The notes: a model not told the origin generated them from the sequence alone. A stretch of 64,000 nucleotides of DNA from Escherichia coli (GCF_003018235.1 NZ_CP027439.1); one strand, 5' to 3'. Shown: positions 22,272 through 31,395, numbered from the stretch's first letter. Numbers and translations: made by a program.

Positions 22272-22316
22272 AATGTGCCGTAAAGCCCCGCCCTTCAGGG
22301 CGAGGAGGATGTCAAA
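22272..22316 (+). repeat. 45-bp direct repeat with hairpin, copy 1 (second copy at 26028..26072)
   Basis: AATGTGCCGTAAAGCCCCGCCCTTCAGGGCGAGGAGGATGTCAAA. Confidence 0.7.
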
Positions 22317-22412
22317 TAATAGGACCCCGAAAGGATTAGTAATGTGGCGTCTTTGCTACACAGGTGCTTTTGTAATATGTTGTATAGCGTACTCACTACA
22401 CAGGAGATGTGT

Positions 22413-22952
22413 ATGGCATTGTCACAGATCAGCGTTCGTATTGATGATGAACTCAAACAACGCACGGATGAAAAAATGAAACTGCTGAGAACCAACCCCA
22501 CGCAGGCCATTACGTTGCTCTATCAGTATATTGCTGAAAATGGGAAACTTCCCTTTACTGTCAGCACCCAACTCTTCACTTCAGAGGATTACACCCAAAA
22601 ATTAATCACCACAGTCAGATCTATTTATGAATACTGGCGCGCGCTTTCTGAGACATCAGCAACAACCAGAACGAAAAGTGGAATGGCCTATTCAATGGCA
22701 ATGGCAGCACATGTTTCGAAGCTGCACAGCGATCTGATACACAACTGCGGCACCTTGAGTGGTGAAGAAGTTGCCTCATTAATGATTGTTATGGAGGACA
22801 TTCTTTCTACGCCGCCATCTTTTTATCGCGGAGAAGCGCCCGATCAGGTGTTTCAGGATAAATTAAACGCTGCTGACCAAACTATTCTGATGATTGAAAA
22901 ATGTCATGGTATGAATGTTCAACGCGGGGAAAATTTTTACGCTCTCAGATGA
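22413..22952 (+). CDS. DinJ/RelB-like ribbon-helix-helix N-terminus with ~130-aa C-terminal extension
   Basis: N-terminal MALSQISVRIDDELKQRTDEKMKLLRTNPTQAITLLYQYIAENGKLPF resembles DinJ antitoxins; C-terminal domain unrecognised. Confidence 0.5.
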   Translation: MALSQISVRIDDELKQRTDEKMKLLRTNPTQAITLLYQYIAENGKLPFTVSTQLFTSEDYTQKLITTVRSIYEYWRALSETSATTRTKSGMAYSMAMAAHVSKLHSDLIHNCGTLSGEEVASLMIVMEDILSTPPSFYRGEAPDQVFQDKLNAADQTILMIEKCHGMNVQRGENFYALR

Positions 22953-22999
22953 ATGCACTGAATATGCAACAGCCCGTAAGGGTTTTTTTTGTGTACGCA

Positions 23000-23022
23000 G
23001 GACAGTTAATCCTAGTGTCCAG
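23000..23022 (+). repeat. Conserved inter-cassette site, copy 8
   Basis: GGACAGTTAATCCTAGTGTCCAG. Confidence 0.5.
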
Positions 23023-23085
23023 TGTGGAGCGGAAGTTACGTAACATTTGACGTAAGTATTTTTGGGATACTTATGAACTGAAATA

Positions 23086-23105
23086 AGATTTCGCATGCGA
23101 AATCT
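23086..23105. promoter_or_regulatory. parS-like palindrome 1
   Basis: AGATTTCGCATGCGAAATCT perfect palindrome. Confidence 0.6.
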
Positions 23106-23306
23106 ATTGCGTATCATTATTGATACTCTATGATTTCTCTGTATACTGTTCATATTGTCATGAACGTATGGCAACAAACGCAGTAGTAGATAGCTGCTTC
23201 TGCATCTTGGCGCAACGCCTGACTCACAGGAGTGTGTATGAAATACCGCAATGAATTCATATCATTACAGCAATACTTTTTCAATCCGCGCCGCCCCCTC
23301 TCAAAC

Positions 23307-23322
23307 ATTTCGCATGCGAAAT
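23307..23322. promoter_or_regulatory. parS-like palindrome 2 (parA operator position)
   Basis: ATTTCGCATGCGAAAT 15 bp upstream of the parA start. Confidence 0.6.
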
Positions 23323-23337
23323 CTTAAGGACTGTTAC

Positions 23338-24204
23338 ATGACACTGAAAATTGGACCTATCGGAAAATTAATCGTTATATGTAGCCAGAAGGGCGGAATC
23401 GTAAAATCGCAGTCATCCAGCGAAATAGCATATGATCTTCGAGAATCAGGTTTTCGTGTGCTTGAAATTGATATGGACTGGACTACTGGTCTGACAGAGA
23501 GAGCTTTCCCCGATAGCTTACCCTATGAGATAGAGCGCGAACCTTTAAGTAACAGTTTTACACCCGGCGAAGCGAATACATATCAGCTTTTCTTCCCGGA
23601 CACTGAAGTTCGACCGATTGAGCTTCCTGGCGGGCGTTTTTTTATTGGCGCTACCAGTGAGCTTAATGAAATTAACTACCGCAACAGCGACTGTATGTTC
23701 GACTTCAGAGACCGTATTGAAGAACTGAAGAAACAGTTTGATTTTATTATTGCTGATTCAGCGCCATCATATTCAAACGTTATGATCGCCGCACATATGT
23801 CAGCTGACTATCTTCTGATCCCTACTCTGTTGGAGAAGCAGGCCCGAAATGCAGTTGGTAAACAGCTTACTTACATGCAAAAAATAAAACGGAACTATAA
23901 TCCATCGTTGCAGTTTATGGGCACTTATGTGACCCAAACACCGGTAAAAAATTATAAAAAGCCGCTTAAAGAAGGGTATTTGGGACCTATTGATACACTG
24001 AATCTGAATCTACTCATTGAGATCCTTCAGGGAAAAGGATATTCCGAAGAGTACATTCTTGCCTATATATCATTTGTACCTGCTGCTGCCAAAGAAGCGA
24101 TAGAACTTGGCCTCTCATTTGATGAATATGATCCTAAGTGTCTTCCTGCAATTCAGTATAAAGAGCTTACCCAGAAAATTATTCAGATCGCAGGAGATAA
24201 ATAA
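23338..24204 (+). CDS. parA: ParA-family partition ATPase
   Basis: Deviant Walker A (ICSQKGGIVKSQ); overlaps parB start (TAATG). Confidence 0.8.
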   Translation: MTLKIGPIGKLIVICSQKGGIVKSQSSSEIAYDLRESGFRVLEIDMDWTTGLTERAFPDSLPYEIEREPLSNSFTPGEANTYQLFFPDTEVRPIELPGGRFFIGATSELNEINYRNSDCMFDFRDRIEELKKQFDFIIADSAPSYSNVMIAAHMSADYLLIPTLLEKQARNAVGKQLTYMQKIKRNYNPSLQFMGTYVTQTPVKNYKKPLKEGYLGPIDTLNLNLLIEILQGKGYSEEYILAYISFVPAAAKEAIELGLSFDEYDPKCLPAIQYKELTQKIIQIAGDK

Positions 24205-25235
24205 TGGCCAAGAAACCGTTTATGAAACGACTCAAGGCGCAGCAGGAAATGAAAAAAAACTCTGCTGTTGTCTCTGATATTGAACAAGTCATTGCAAATA
24301 AACAGCCAGATGAGAAGAGCCATGACGTATCTGCGCACCAGATTTTGACAGATATTTCCCGCCCGGTTCTTGAACCTGATGGACAGATAATCCGCGTCGA
24401 TATAAACCTGGTTTATGCTGAGGAACAAGTACGACCTGAAGAAGATTTCGATGAAGAGGTTATCGATGGTATGGCAGATACTTTCGAAACCATAGGGATG
24501 CTTACCCCGCCTCGTTGTTATCCCCGCGACAGACGTGGATACCAGATATGGTTAGGAGAAACACGAGTTCGTACTGCACGTAAACGTGGTGATACCCATA
24601 TTGATATTTATGTCGGTAAACCACCACGAGAAAGAAAAGAACGAATCATTGGTCAGCTCATTGAAAACCTTCAGCAATCGGGTTTAAAACCATTAGCGAC
24701 TGCAAGATCGTTCTATGAACTTAAGCATCACTTCAATATGACGGGTGAACAGATCGCAAAAACGATGGGTAAACCAACCTCATTTGTCAGTAAACATCTT
24801 CGTCTCATTGATGCTCCAGAGAATGTTACCGCCCTTCTCCGGGATAAAGTGACATCCGATATTGATTTGGCTTACACACTAATACAGGTAAATGAAAGGG
24901 CTCCTGAAGAAGCCGAGAAGCTTATTGCAGCTGCGCGGGAATCTGGTATTTCACGCGCGCAAGTTAAAGCTGTTCTTGATGAGGTTAAGAACAAAAGCAA
25001 CCGTGAGATTTCGCATGCGAAATCTAAAGCTCAGAATAAAAGGCCATCCAAGTCTCTTAATAACAATTCAGATGTAAAAAGCTGGCAGGTAGTTGTCGAG
25101 ATTGACGGTCAGCAGGGAGTAATAATGACCGACCGTGCGCCAGAGGAAGATGGCTATGTGTGGGTTAAATTAGATATTGGTGAAATATCCGTCGAGGCTT
25201 CAGAGGTTCGTGTCAAGGGAATGCGGTCTTTGTGA
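24204..25235 (+). CDS. parB: ParB-family partition protein
   Basis: 343 aa downstream of parA; ParB/Spo0J-like HTH region (GEQIAKTMGKPTSFVSKHLRL). Confidence 0.75.
   Translation: MAKKPFMKRLKAQQEMKKNSAVVSDIEQVIANKQPDEKSHDVSAHQILTDISRPVLEPDGQIIRVDINLVYAEEQVRPEEDFDEEVIDGMADTFETIGMLTPPRCYPRDRRGYQIWLGETRVRTARKRGDTHIDIYVGKPPRERKERIIGQLIENLQQSGLKPLATARSFYELKHHFNMTGEQIAKTMGKPTSFVSKHLRLIDAPENVTALLRDKVTSDIDLAYTLIQVNERAPEEAEKLIAAARESGISRAQVKAVLDEVKNKSNREISHAKSKAQNKRPSKSLNNNSDVKSWQVVVEIDGQQGVIMTDRAPEEDGYVWVKLDIGEISVEASEVRVKGMRSL
25006..25025. promoter_or_regulatory. parS-like palindrome 3 (inside parB)
   Basis: AGATTTCGCATGCGAAATCT. Confidence 0.55.
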
Positions 25236-25672
25236 TGAAATCAACCCCATTCACTGAAATGGCCACTGCATTCCGTGGCCAAATTGTCCGTCTCTGGGCG
25301 CTTCGATATCCCGGAACTCAATCCGAAGCAGCTGCTGCATTAACAGAAGCTGCTATCAATCTTGGATACGTTACAAGAAGTAGACCTGTGCCTGGAGCAG
25401 CCTTATTATCATGGTTATCGAATCCCGCTGAAACGCCTCTGTGGGCGGCTCAGACCGCATTAACGATGATGCTCAAGATTGGCTGGAAGCCAGAGAGTAA
25501 TCAAGAATGGTGTGGGATGTCGGCACTGATATTCAGAGCTAATCGTAAACTTTCACTTGAACTGTTAGTTGCATCCTTGCCTGATAGTATAGACAGGCAA
25601 ACTGCTACAGGATGGTTTGTGGCTGCAATAGAAGAAGATGCCCACTACCGTTATAACAGGAAATTCAGATGA
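25232..25672 (+). CDS. Hypothetical protein
   Basis: 146-aa ORF overlapping parB stop. Confidence 0.5.
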   Translation: MMKSTPFTEMATAFRGQIVRLWALRYPGTQSEAAAALTEAAINLGYVTRSRPVPGAALLSWLSNPAETPLWAAQTALTMMLKIGWKPESNQEWCGMSALIFRANRKLSLELLVASLPDSIDRQTATGWFVAAIEEDAHYRYNRKFR

Positions 25673-25992
25673 CCTTTCAGGAGCTTGATGCTTGTATTGC
25701 TGGCTCTGGTAGGCGTTCTATCGCTTCAGCGTTAATCGCTTTTATTCTCGATGCGTTTGATGATGGACAGGACGGAGTTGATCTTGATTCTTTCCAGAGC
25801 CAGATGCGCTTCGTTCGCAACAATGTAACAACCGTAGCCAACTATCTGCAGCGACAGGGGGTTCTCCATATACTGTATTACCGTGATGGTGCCGCAGAAC
25901 GTCAGTATGAGACCGTTAATAATTATGGACGATGGGCAAAACAGCACTATCGTCCTTCTCAGGCACTTATTCAGTTGCACCGCCGTAATTAA
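25669..25992 (+). CDS. Hypothetical protein
   Basis: 107-aa ORF, overlapping start/stop with the upstream ORF. Confidence 0.5.
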   Translation: MTFQELDACIAGSGRRSIASALIAFILDAFDDGQDGVDLDSFQSQMRFVRNNVTTVANYLQRQGVLHILYYRDGAAERQYETVNNYGRWAKQHYRPSQALIQLHRRN

Positions 25993-25994
25993 AG

Positions 25995-26020
25995 CAAAGA
26001 TTTCGCATGCGAAATCTTTG
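25995..26020. promoter_or_regulatory. parS-like palindrome 4 (26-bp perfect palindrome)
   Basis: CAAAGATTTCGCATGCGAAATCTTTG. Confidence 0.6.
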
Positions 26021-26027
26021 CTTACCT

Positions 26028-26072
26028 AATGTGCCATAAAGCCCCGTCCTTCTGGACGGGGAGGATGTCAAA
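26028..26072 (+). repeat. 45-bp direct repeat with hairpin, copy 2
   Basis: AATGTGCCATAAAGCCCCGTCCTTCTGGACGGGGAGGATGTCAAA; stem shows compensatory changes relative to copy 1. Confidence 0.7.
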
Positions 26073-26074
26073 GG

Positions 26075-27349
26075 TCATCGTATCATTGCCACCGGGAGGT
26101 CAGTCCAGCGTGTCGTATATGCTGGTGACAACATTTCGCGCTTCATTTGCCACTCAGGAGCTATGCCTCGCCCCGCAAACCACACTTTCCCAAGTCCAGA
26201 ATGGTTAATACCGTCCACGACTTTCATCAATTGATTACTGTTGCTTCGGGGCAGAGTATCATCAAACAGATTCAACTGTGAAACTCCGGTCGGCGTAAAA
26301 TCGTTCAGCATGCAGCCTGCCCTTACATAGCGGTGGCCATTCACCCAGATCCTGTCCAGGGCTTTGACGGCAGCGGCAATGATGTCCGGTGTATCCTGCG
26401 TGGGGATGAGCAGCTTTTCACTGGCCAGATTACCGTAGTAGGGCTCATTTACGGCAAACGGCGATGTTTTCACAAATACGACAATATGCCTGCAGAACTG
26501 CCGTTCGCCGCGCAGCTTTTCCGCAGCACGCTCAGCGTACTGACAGACTGCCTGACGCAGGGCTTCATACGTTGTGATACGCTCCCCAAAAGACCTGCTG
26601 CAGACAATCTGCTGTTTCGGCGGGGGAGCTTCTTCAAGCGAAATACAGCTTTCTCCGTTGAGTTCCCGGACCGTTCTCTCCAGTACAACGTTGAAATTCT
26701 TCCGGATAAATACGGGGTTCGCGCGCGCCAGCTGCAGTGCAGTGGTGATGCCCATTGTGCTTAGTTTCCTGGATATCCTGCTGCCAACTCCCCAGATTTC
26801 TTCCACCGGCTGCAGTGAAAGCAGTTTCTCCGTTCGTTTCGGATTGTGTGATGTCAGGGCAAGCACACCACCGAATTGTGGCCATTCCTTGGACGCCCAT
26901 TGCGCGCTTTTAGCCAGCGTTTTGGTTGGCCCCATCCCGACACCTATTGTCAGCCCCGTTCCTGAGCGCACGTGTTCGCGTAGCTGCCGCCCAAAGTCCT
27001 CATAGTCGATGCAGTTGTCTATACCACGGATATCGAGAAACATCTCATCGATGCTGTACTGTTCCACACGTGGCGCCAGCTCTTCTAGGTGAGTCATCAC
27101 CCTGTTAGACATGGACGCGTACAGCTCGTAATTGCTTGAGAACACGATGATCTGCTCAGAGAATTCCGCCTTCTTCAGTTGAAACCACGGCACTCCCATT
27201 TTGATACCCAGCAACTTCGCTTCTTTTGAACGGGCGATAACGCAACCATCATTGTTACTGAGTACCACAACCGGCTTGTTTCGCAAATCAGGTCGAAATA
27301 CTTTCTCGCAGCTGGCATAAAATGAATTCACATCAGCGAGCGCAAACAT
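26075..27349 (-). CDS. umuC: Y-family translesion DNA polymerase V catalytic subunit (UmuC/MucB-type)
   Basis: 424 aa; N-terminal [41 protein letters not shown]. Confidence 0.9.
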   Translation of the reverse strand: MFALADVNSFYASCEKVFRPDLRNKPVVVLSNNDGCVIARSKEAKLLGIKMGVPWFQLKKAEFSEQIIVFSSNYELYASMSNRVMTHLEELAPRVEQYSIDEMFLDIRGIDNCIDYEDFGRQLREHVRSGTGLTIGVGMGPTKTLAKSAQWASKEWPQFGGVLALTSHNPKRTEKLLSLQPVEEIWGVGSRISRKLSTMGITTALQLARANPVFIRKNFNVVLERTVRELNGESCISLEEAPPPKQQIVCSRSFGERITTYEALRQAVCQYAERAAEKLRGERQFCRHIVVFVKTSPFAVNEPYYGNLASEKLLIPTQDTPDIIAAAVKALDRIWVNGHRYVRAGCMLNDFTPTGVSQLNLFDDTLPRSNSNQLMKVVDGINHSGLGKVWFAGRGIAPEWQMKREMLSPAYTTRWTDLPVAMIR

Positions 27350-27771
27350 CAGCGTACCTCACGCGTCTTGTGTATGAATGCCGTCACTACCCCGAAAATC
27401 TGCAGATCTTCCGGATAGAGGGTGGGGTAGGCTGGATTCATCGGCAGCAGGGCAATACGGGGCTTAAGCTGCAGGCGTTTGACAGTAAACTCGCCGTCAA
27501 TTTCAGCAATAACGATGTCCCCCTGCAGTGGTTTTTCAGCTTTATCGACCACCATCAGATCACCGGAGTGCAACCCCATATTCTGCATCGAATCACCTAT
27601 GGCCCGGACAAAGAAAGTTGCAGCCGGACGTCGGATACAGTAGGCATTCAGATCCAGTTCGTCTTCGGTGTAGTCTGCGGCCGGTGACGGAAAACCTGCT
27701 GGGCAACGTTCGGTGAAAAGTGGTGCGGTAGATAGTTCTGGTTCAGGTGCCGCTGGAACAAAAAGGATCAT
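27349..27771 (-). CDS. umuD: UmuD/MucA-type protein (LexA-like self-cleaving peptidase)
   Basis: GFPSPAADY and GDSM...K motifs; start MILFVPAAP; stop overlaps umuC start. Confidence 0.85.
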   Translation of the reverse strand: MILFVPAAPEPELSTAPLFTERCPAGFPSPAADYTEDELDLNAYCIRRPAATFFVRAIGDSMQNMGLHSGDLMVVDKAEKPLQGDIVIAEIDGEFTVKRLQLKPRIALLPMNPAYPTLYPEDLQIFGVVTAFIHKTREVR

Positions 27772-27793
27772 GGTATACTTCTTTAAATACCTG

Positions 27794-27809
27794 TTTATAT
27801 ATACAGTAT
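27794..27809. promoter_or_regulatory. LexA (SOS) box upstream of umuDC
   Basis: CTGTTTATATATACAG = CTGT-N8-ACAG, ~25 bp upstream of umuD start. Confidence 0.8.
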
Positions 27810-27892
27810 AATTTAAGATATTTTCCATTCCGCAAGCTGAATTTTACGCTGCCATGCCAGGTGATTGTTCTGGCGAACAAAACAGATGCGTG

Positions 27893-27901
27893 TTATCCAC
27901 A
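27893..27901. promoter_or_regulatory. DnaA box
   Basis: TTATCCACA exact consensus, upstream of the iteron cluster. Confidence 0.6.
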
Positions 27902-27974
27902 GAACCGGTGCATAACCCTGTGAGTTGATATCCGCTCTGCTCTGAAGGACAGGGTTTTTCGGCGGATTAGGTAA

Positions 27975-28220
27975 AGTCTACTGTATGCGACATTTTGATT
28001 TAGTTTTTTCCACTGGCTAGATCCAATAAATATATCCATATAGACCCTTAGAGATCCTAGAAGATCCCCGATCGCTGCAGGCCGCTCCGTTACTGGTCTC
28101 ATAGATGATTAATGTCTACTGTGTGCTACATAATGTCTATTGTATGCGACATAATATCTATTGAGTGCTACAAAAGGTCTACTATGTGCTACCATAAGGT
28201 CTACTGTGAGCTACTAAGAT
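27975..28220. repeat. RepFIB-type upstream iteron cluster
   Basis: Repeated ~21-bp units TCTACTGTGTGCTACATAA / TCTATTGTATGCGACATAA / TCTATTGAGTGCTACAAAA / TCTACTATGTGCTACCATAA / TCTACTGTGAGCTACTAAG plus nearby GATC sites. Confidence 0.8.
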
Positions 28221-28251
28221 ATTTTTTGTTCACACTAAACAGGGAAATAAA

Positions 28252-29139
28252 ATGTCTAATAAAATCAATGAACAATTCCTGAATATCAAGGAAATTAACA
28301 AGCGAACGGGAGAAGAGCTCACGCTTATATCCACAAGTGAGTCCAGTGTTCAGGTAGTTCCGTTGATGCGCCTTGGTGTTTTTGTCCCGACTCTTAAAGG
28401 GACCGATAAAGCTAAAATTACCCGCAATACCGTTGATGCTTCGAAAGATTTTAATACGCTTTCGCTCTACAGCTCTGAGGGATTCGAGAAGGTCATTATT
28501 AGTGGTCCCCGACTTGATATGGACACTGATTTTAAAGTTTGGGTTGGCATAATTTCCGTTCTGACAGACAGTGATCATCCGATCACCAAAGAAGGAAAAA
28601 TCGTGATACCTTTCAGCGAATTTGCGCATCGCTGCGGATTCCCACGGGGGAGGATGAAACAGGAACTTCGCACTCGCCTGAAAGACTCGATAAAGAAGAT
28701 TATGTCCACAATTGTCGAATTTTCGAAAGACTCCGGGAAACCAACAGAGAAGACGCAGATGGTGCAACTCATGGGGGAGTCCACAATAGACATTGGTAAT
28801 GATCTTGTTCTGCTTACACCCAGTATGTCTTTAAAAGATCTTTACGCCAGTGAGTATAAAGTCCTGCTCAAGCTAAAAGCGCTAAAAAGCCTGGCTCGTA
28901 AGGAGTCTGCTCAGGCTCTGTATCTCTATTTGGAAGGTCTGCCCACAAATCCTGCTCCAGTTAGTATTAAGCGTTTTCGCGAACGTCTCAACCTTACATC
29001 CAGAACTGCACTGCAGAATGCCACCATTAAGAAAGCTCTAAAGCAGCTGGAAGAAATTGGTTATCTGGAATATCAGGAAATGAGGAGTGGCAGGGACATC
29101 GCGTTTAATATCATCAAACGTAATCCGAAGCTTCAGTAA
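28252..29139 (+). CDS. repA: Replication initiator RepA of a RepFIB-type (iteron) replicon
   Basis: 295 aa; PVALMRLGVFVP-like N-terminus, ITGPRLDMDTDFKVW and NPKL C-terminus match RepFIB RepA. Confidence 0.85.
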   Translation: MSNKINEQFLNIKEINKRTGEELTLISTSESSVQVVPLMRLGVFVPTLKGTDKAKITRNTVDASKDFNTLSLYSSEGFEKVIISGPRLDMDTDFKVWVGIISVLTDSDHPITKEGKIVIPFSEFAHRCGFPRGRMKQELRTRLKDSIKKIMSTIVEFSKDSGKPTEKTQMVQLMGESTIDIGNDLVLLTPSMSLKDLYASEYKVLLKLKALKSLARKESAQALYLYLEGLPTNPAPVSIKRFRERLNLTSRTALQNATIKKALKQLEEIGYLEYQEMRSGRDIAFNIIKRNPKLQ

Positions 29140-29245
29140 GCTACTGTATGCTACATATTGTCCCATTATCTTGAGCGATAACTCCCAAAGTATTCATCTC
29201 GCTGTTATGAGACATTTGTTAATAGCATACAGTAGACATTTCAGT
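29140..29245. repeat. Downstream iterons of the replicon
   Basis: GCTACTGTATGCTACATATTG and inverted ATAGCATACAGTAGACATTTC after repA. Confidence 0.6.
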
Positions 29246-29560
29246 TATGTGGCCTCAGCGTCGTGTGCGGGCTGTGCCGTGCCTCCAACTTAGCCGGGTT
29301 GGCGTTGATGCAAGGGTACGCTTCGCCGCTGCGGTCACCCGGTCCCTCCTTCCCGTCTGCCGTGATTTTCCGGTCGTTCACCCGCTCAGATTTCGCGGTA
29401 TCACCCTCCAACTCCCGTCAGCCGAGTGCGTCAGGCTGCGGCTTCCCTTGCGCCCCTGCATCCCCGCCTTATCGCCCGGCTTTTATGGAGGCACGGCACC
29501 GCCCGGTGTCGCGGAATATGTGAACAACGGAGGAAATCCCATGCAGTATGCGAAACTCCC

Positions 29561-29986
29561 ATGCAGTATGCGAAACCTGTCACTCTGAACGTTGAAGAGT
29601 GCGACCGTCTGTCTTTTCTGCCTTACCTGTTTGGCCTGGATTTTCTGTATGCCGAAGCGTCTGTATACGCGCTGGCGAAACAAATGATGCCGGAATATCA
29701 GGGAGGTTTCTGGCACTTCATCCGCCTGCCGGACGGTGGCGGTTACATGATGCCGGATGGCGACCGTTTCCACATGGTGAACGGTGCAAACTGGTTTGAC
29801 CGTACCGTGAGTGCTGATGCCGCAGGCATCATTCTGATTTCCCTTGTGATTAACCGCCAGTTGTGGCTGTACCACGACAGCGGGGATGCAGGACTGACCC
29901 AGCTTTACCGGATGCGCGATGCGCAGTTGTGGCGTCACATCGAATTTCACCCTGAATGCAACGCGATTTACGCGGCACTGGACTGA
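29561..29986 (+). CDS. klcA: KlcA/ArdB-family anti-restriction protein
   Basis: 141 aa; LSFLPYLFG...[19 protein letters not shown]...[13 protein letters not shown] pattern. Confidence 0.75.
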   Translation: MQYAKPVTLNVEECDRLSFLPYLFGLDFLYAEASVYALAKQMMPEYQGGFWHFIRLPDGGGYMMPDGDRFHMVNGANWFDRTVSADAAGIILISLVINRQLWLYHDSGDAGLTQLYRMRDAQLWRHIEFHPECNAIYAALD

Positions 29987-30032
29987 TTAACGGACGGGGC
30001 GGCAATGCCGCCCCTGTAAAGGAGACGAGAAC

Positions 30033-30455
30033 ATGTACTGTACTGTTAAAGAAATTATCCGCGAAGTGCTGGATACAGACGTGCCGGACAGTGAATGCGT
30101 TTTTGCCGTGGTGCTGACACGTGGGGATGTGCGTCACATAGCCCAGGACTGGAGTCTGACAGACGATGAGCTGGAAGCCGTCATGCAGCGGCTGGACGAT
30201 GCCTTTGAGCATGGTGCGGATGTCAGCATTGTTCACGACGTTGTTCGTGAACTGATGGAGGAAAAGCGCGCCAGCCGTCAGGTGACAGTCCCGGCGGTGA
30301 TGCTGGAAAAAGTGATGGCGCTGGCAGGCAGTGAAATGAAGCGCCTGTATGCCGTCGGGAGTGAGAACGGGGGCGACGGTGACGCATTCGTCAGGGAGGA
30401 ACGCGAAGCAATAAACGTTGTGTTACAGGCGCTGGACGGGGAGCACATGTCATGA
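30033..30455 (+). CDS. Hypothetical leading-region protein
   Basis: 140-aa ORF between klcA and the Frpo-like repeat. Confidence 0.5.
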   Translation: MYCTVKEIIREVLDTDVPDSECVFAVVLTRGDVRHIAQDWSLTDDELEAVMQRLDDAFEHGADVSIVHDVVRELMEEKRASRQVTVPAVMLEKVMALAGSEMKRLYAVGSENGGDGDAFVREEREAINVVLQALDGEHMS

Positions 30456-30643
30456 ATATCAGCACGGAAACCCGCGAAATTCTGCGCAATTACAAAGCCG
30501 TGATTAATGCGTGGCGTCGTGAAATGGGACAGAAACCGCTCACCACCGCACAGATTGTTGATGAAATCTGCGATTTTGTGGCGAATCAGCAGGCGGTTTT
30601 CCTCGGTGGTCACTACATCCTTCAGGGCAGCAGAAACAGGTGA
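30452..30643 (+). CDS. Hypothetical small protein
   Basis: 63-aa ORF overlapping the upstream stop. Confidence 0.35.
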   Translation: MNISTETREILRNYKAVINAWRREMGQKPLTTAQIVDEICDFVANQQAVFLGGHYILQGSRNR

Positions 30644-30867
30644 TACAGGGGCAGGCGGTGGAGGCCGCCTGTCAGCCCGCGCGAAAACCCCTGGCAGGCT
30701 GACGCCTGCCGGAAGGGAAGCGGGCCACGCTGACGCGTCGCCCGTTACCCTTCCTGTTTGTGATGTGCCCGGAATGTTTTTTTCTGATGTTATTTTTCTG
30801 TGGTTACCGTGCTTGTTATTGTTCTTCTTCTTTTTCCTCTTCCTCTTCTTTCCGTTCCTCTCCTGTT

Positions 30868-31395
30868 TATGGCTTTTCCGGGCGTCCCCCTGACGGGGCG
30901 GGCTGTCGTGAACGGAGCCAGCGAAGCTGTCTCCGCCCTGGCGGGCTTCCATCCCTGACGCGAAACCCTGGCTTGCAGCGACCGTTCCGGTCGCGCCGCC
31001 TCTGTCGCGCCGTGGCCTGCGCTCCTGGCATCCCGGCAAAAGGCCGCCGGGATGTAAGGGGCAACGCCGTTTCGCGCACGCGCTCTCCGTCGTTGCGGCG
31101 GGCCCCTGCTCATTGCCTGCCGGGTGCCACACACCCGTATGAGTCCCTGTCGCCGGGGGCTGAGACAGCCACAACCTGCCGCACTGACTGTCCAGGGTAA
31201 ATGAACAGCCCACAAAATTTTTTACCCAAAAACCGGTAAAAAATTTTGCGTTCTGCCCAGGACAGGTGCGTCAGGCCGTGGCAGTGATGCCCCTTGCGGC
31301 GAAGGTTCTCAAACGGGTGAAGTTCATACCACAGGGAATACAGCAGCAGGTTCCCGCGAAACGTCAAAACCGCGGCTCCCGAAACTCAACGGGTG
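30868..31395 (+). repeat. Frpo/ssi-like leading-region repeat, copy 1
   Basis: ~500-bp GC-rich element shared with 34163..34700 and 39676..40128; contains hairpin AAAATTTTTTACC-N8-GGTAAAAAATTTT. Confidence 0.75.

Noticed and set aside
27975-28220. Possible CRISPR array suggested by regularly spaced ~21-bp repeats
   Set aside because: The repeats are imperfect, contiguous rather than separated by unique spacers, flank a repA gene and sit beside a DnaA box; these are replicon iterons.
28201-28767. 188-aa minus-strand ORF across the iterons and repA
   Set aside because: It overlaps the RepFIB repA gene and iteron repeats on the opposite strand; the repA call explains the region.
30278-31367. 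Long overlapping ORFs in several frames (e.g. 30278..31213 minus, 311 aa) in GC-rich DNA
   Set aside because: They fall inside the Frpo/ssi-like repeat and its CT-rich tract; low-complexity translations (poly-K/R, poly-S), mutually overlapping, and the same pattern recurs in the other repeat copies.
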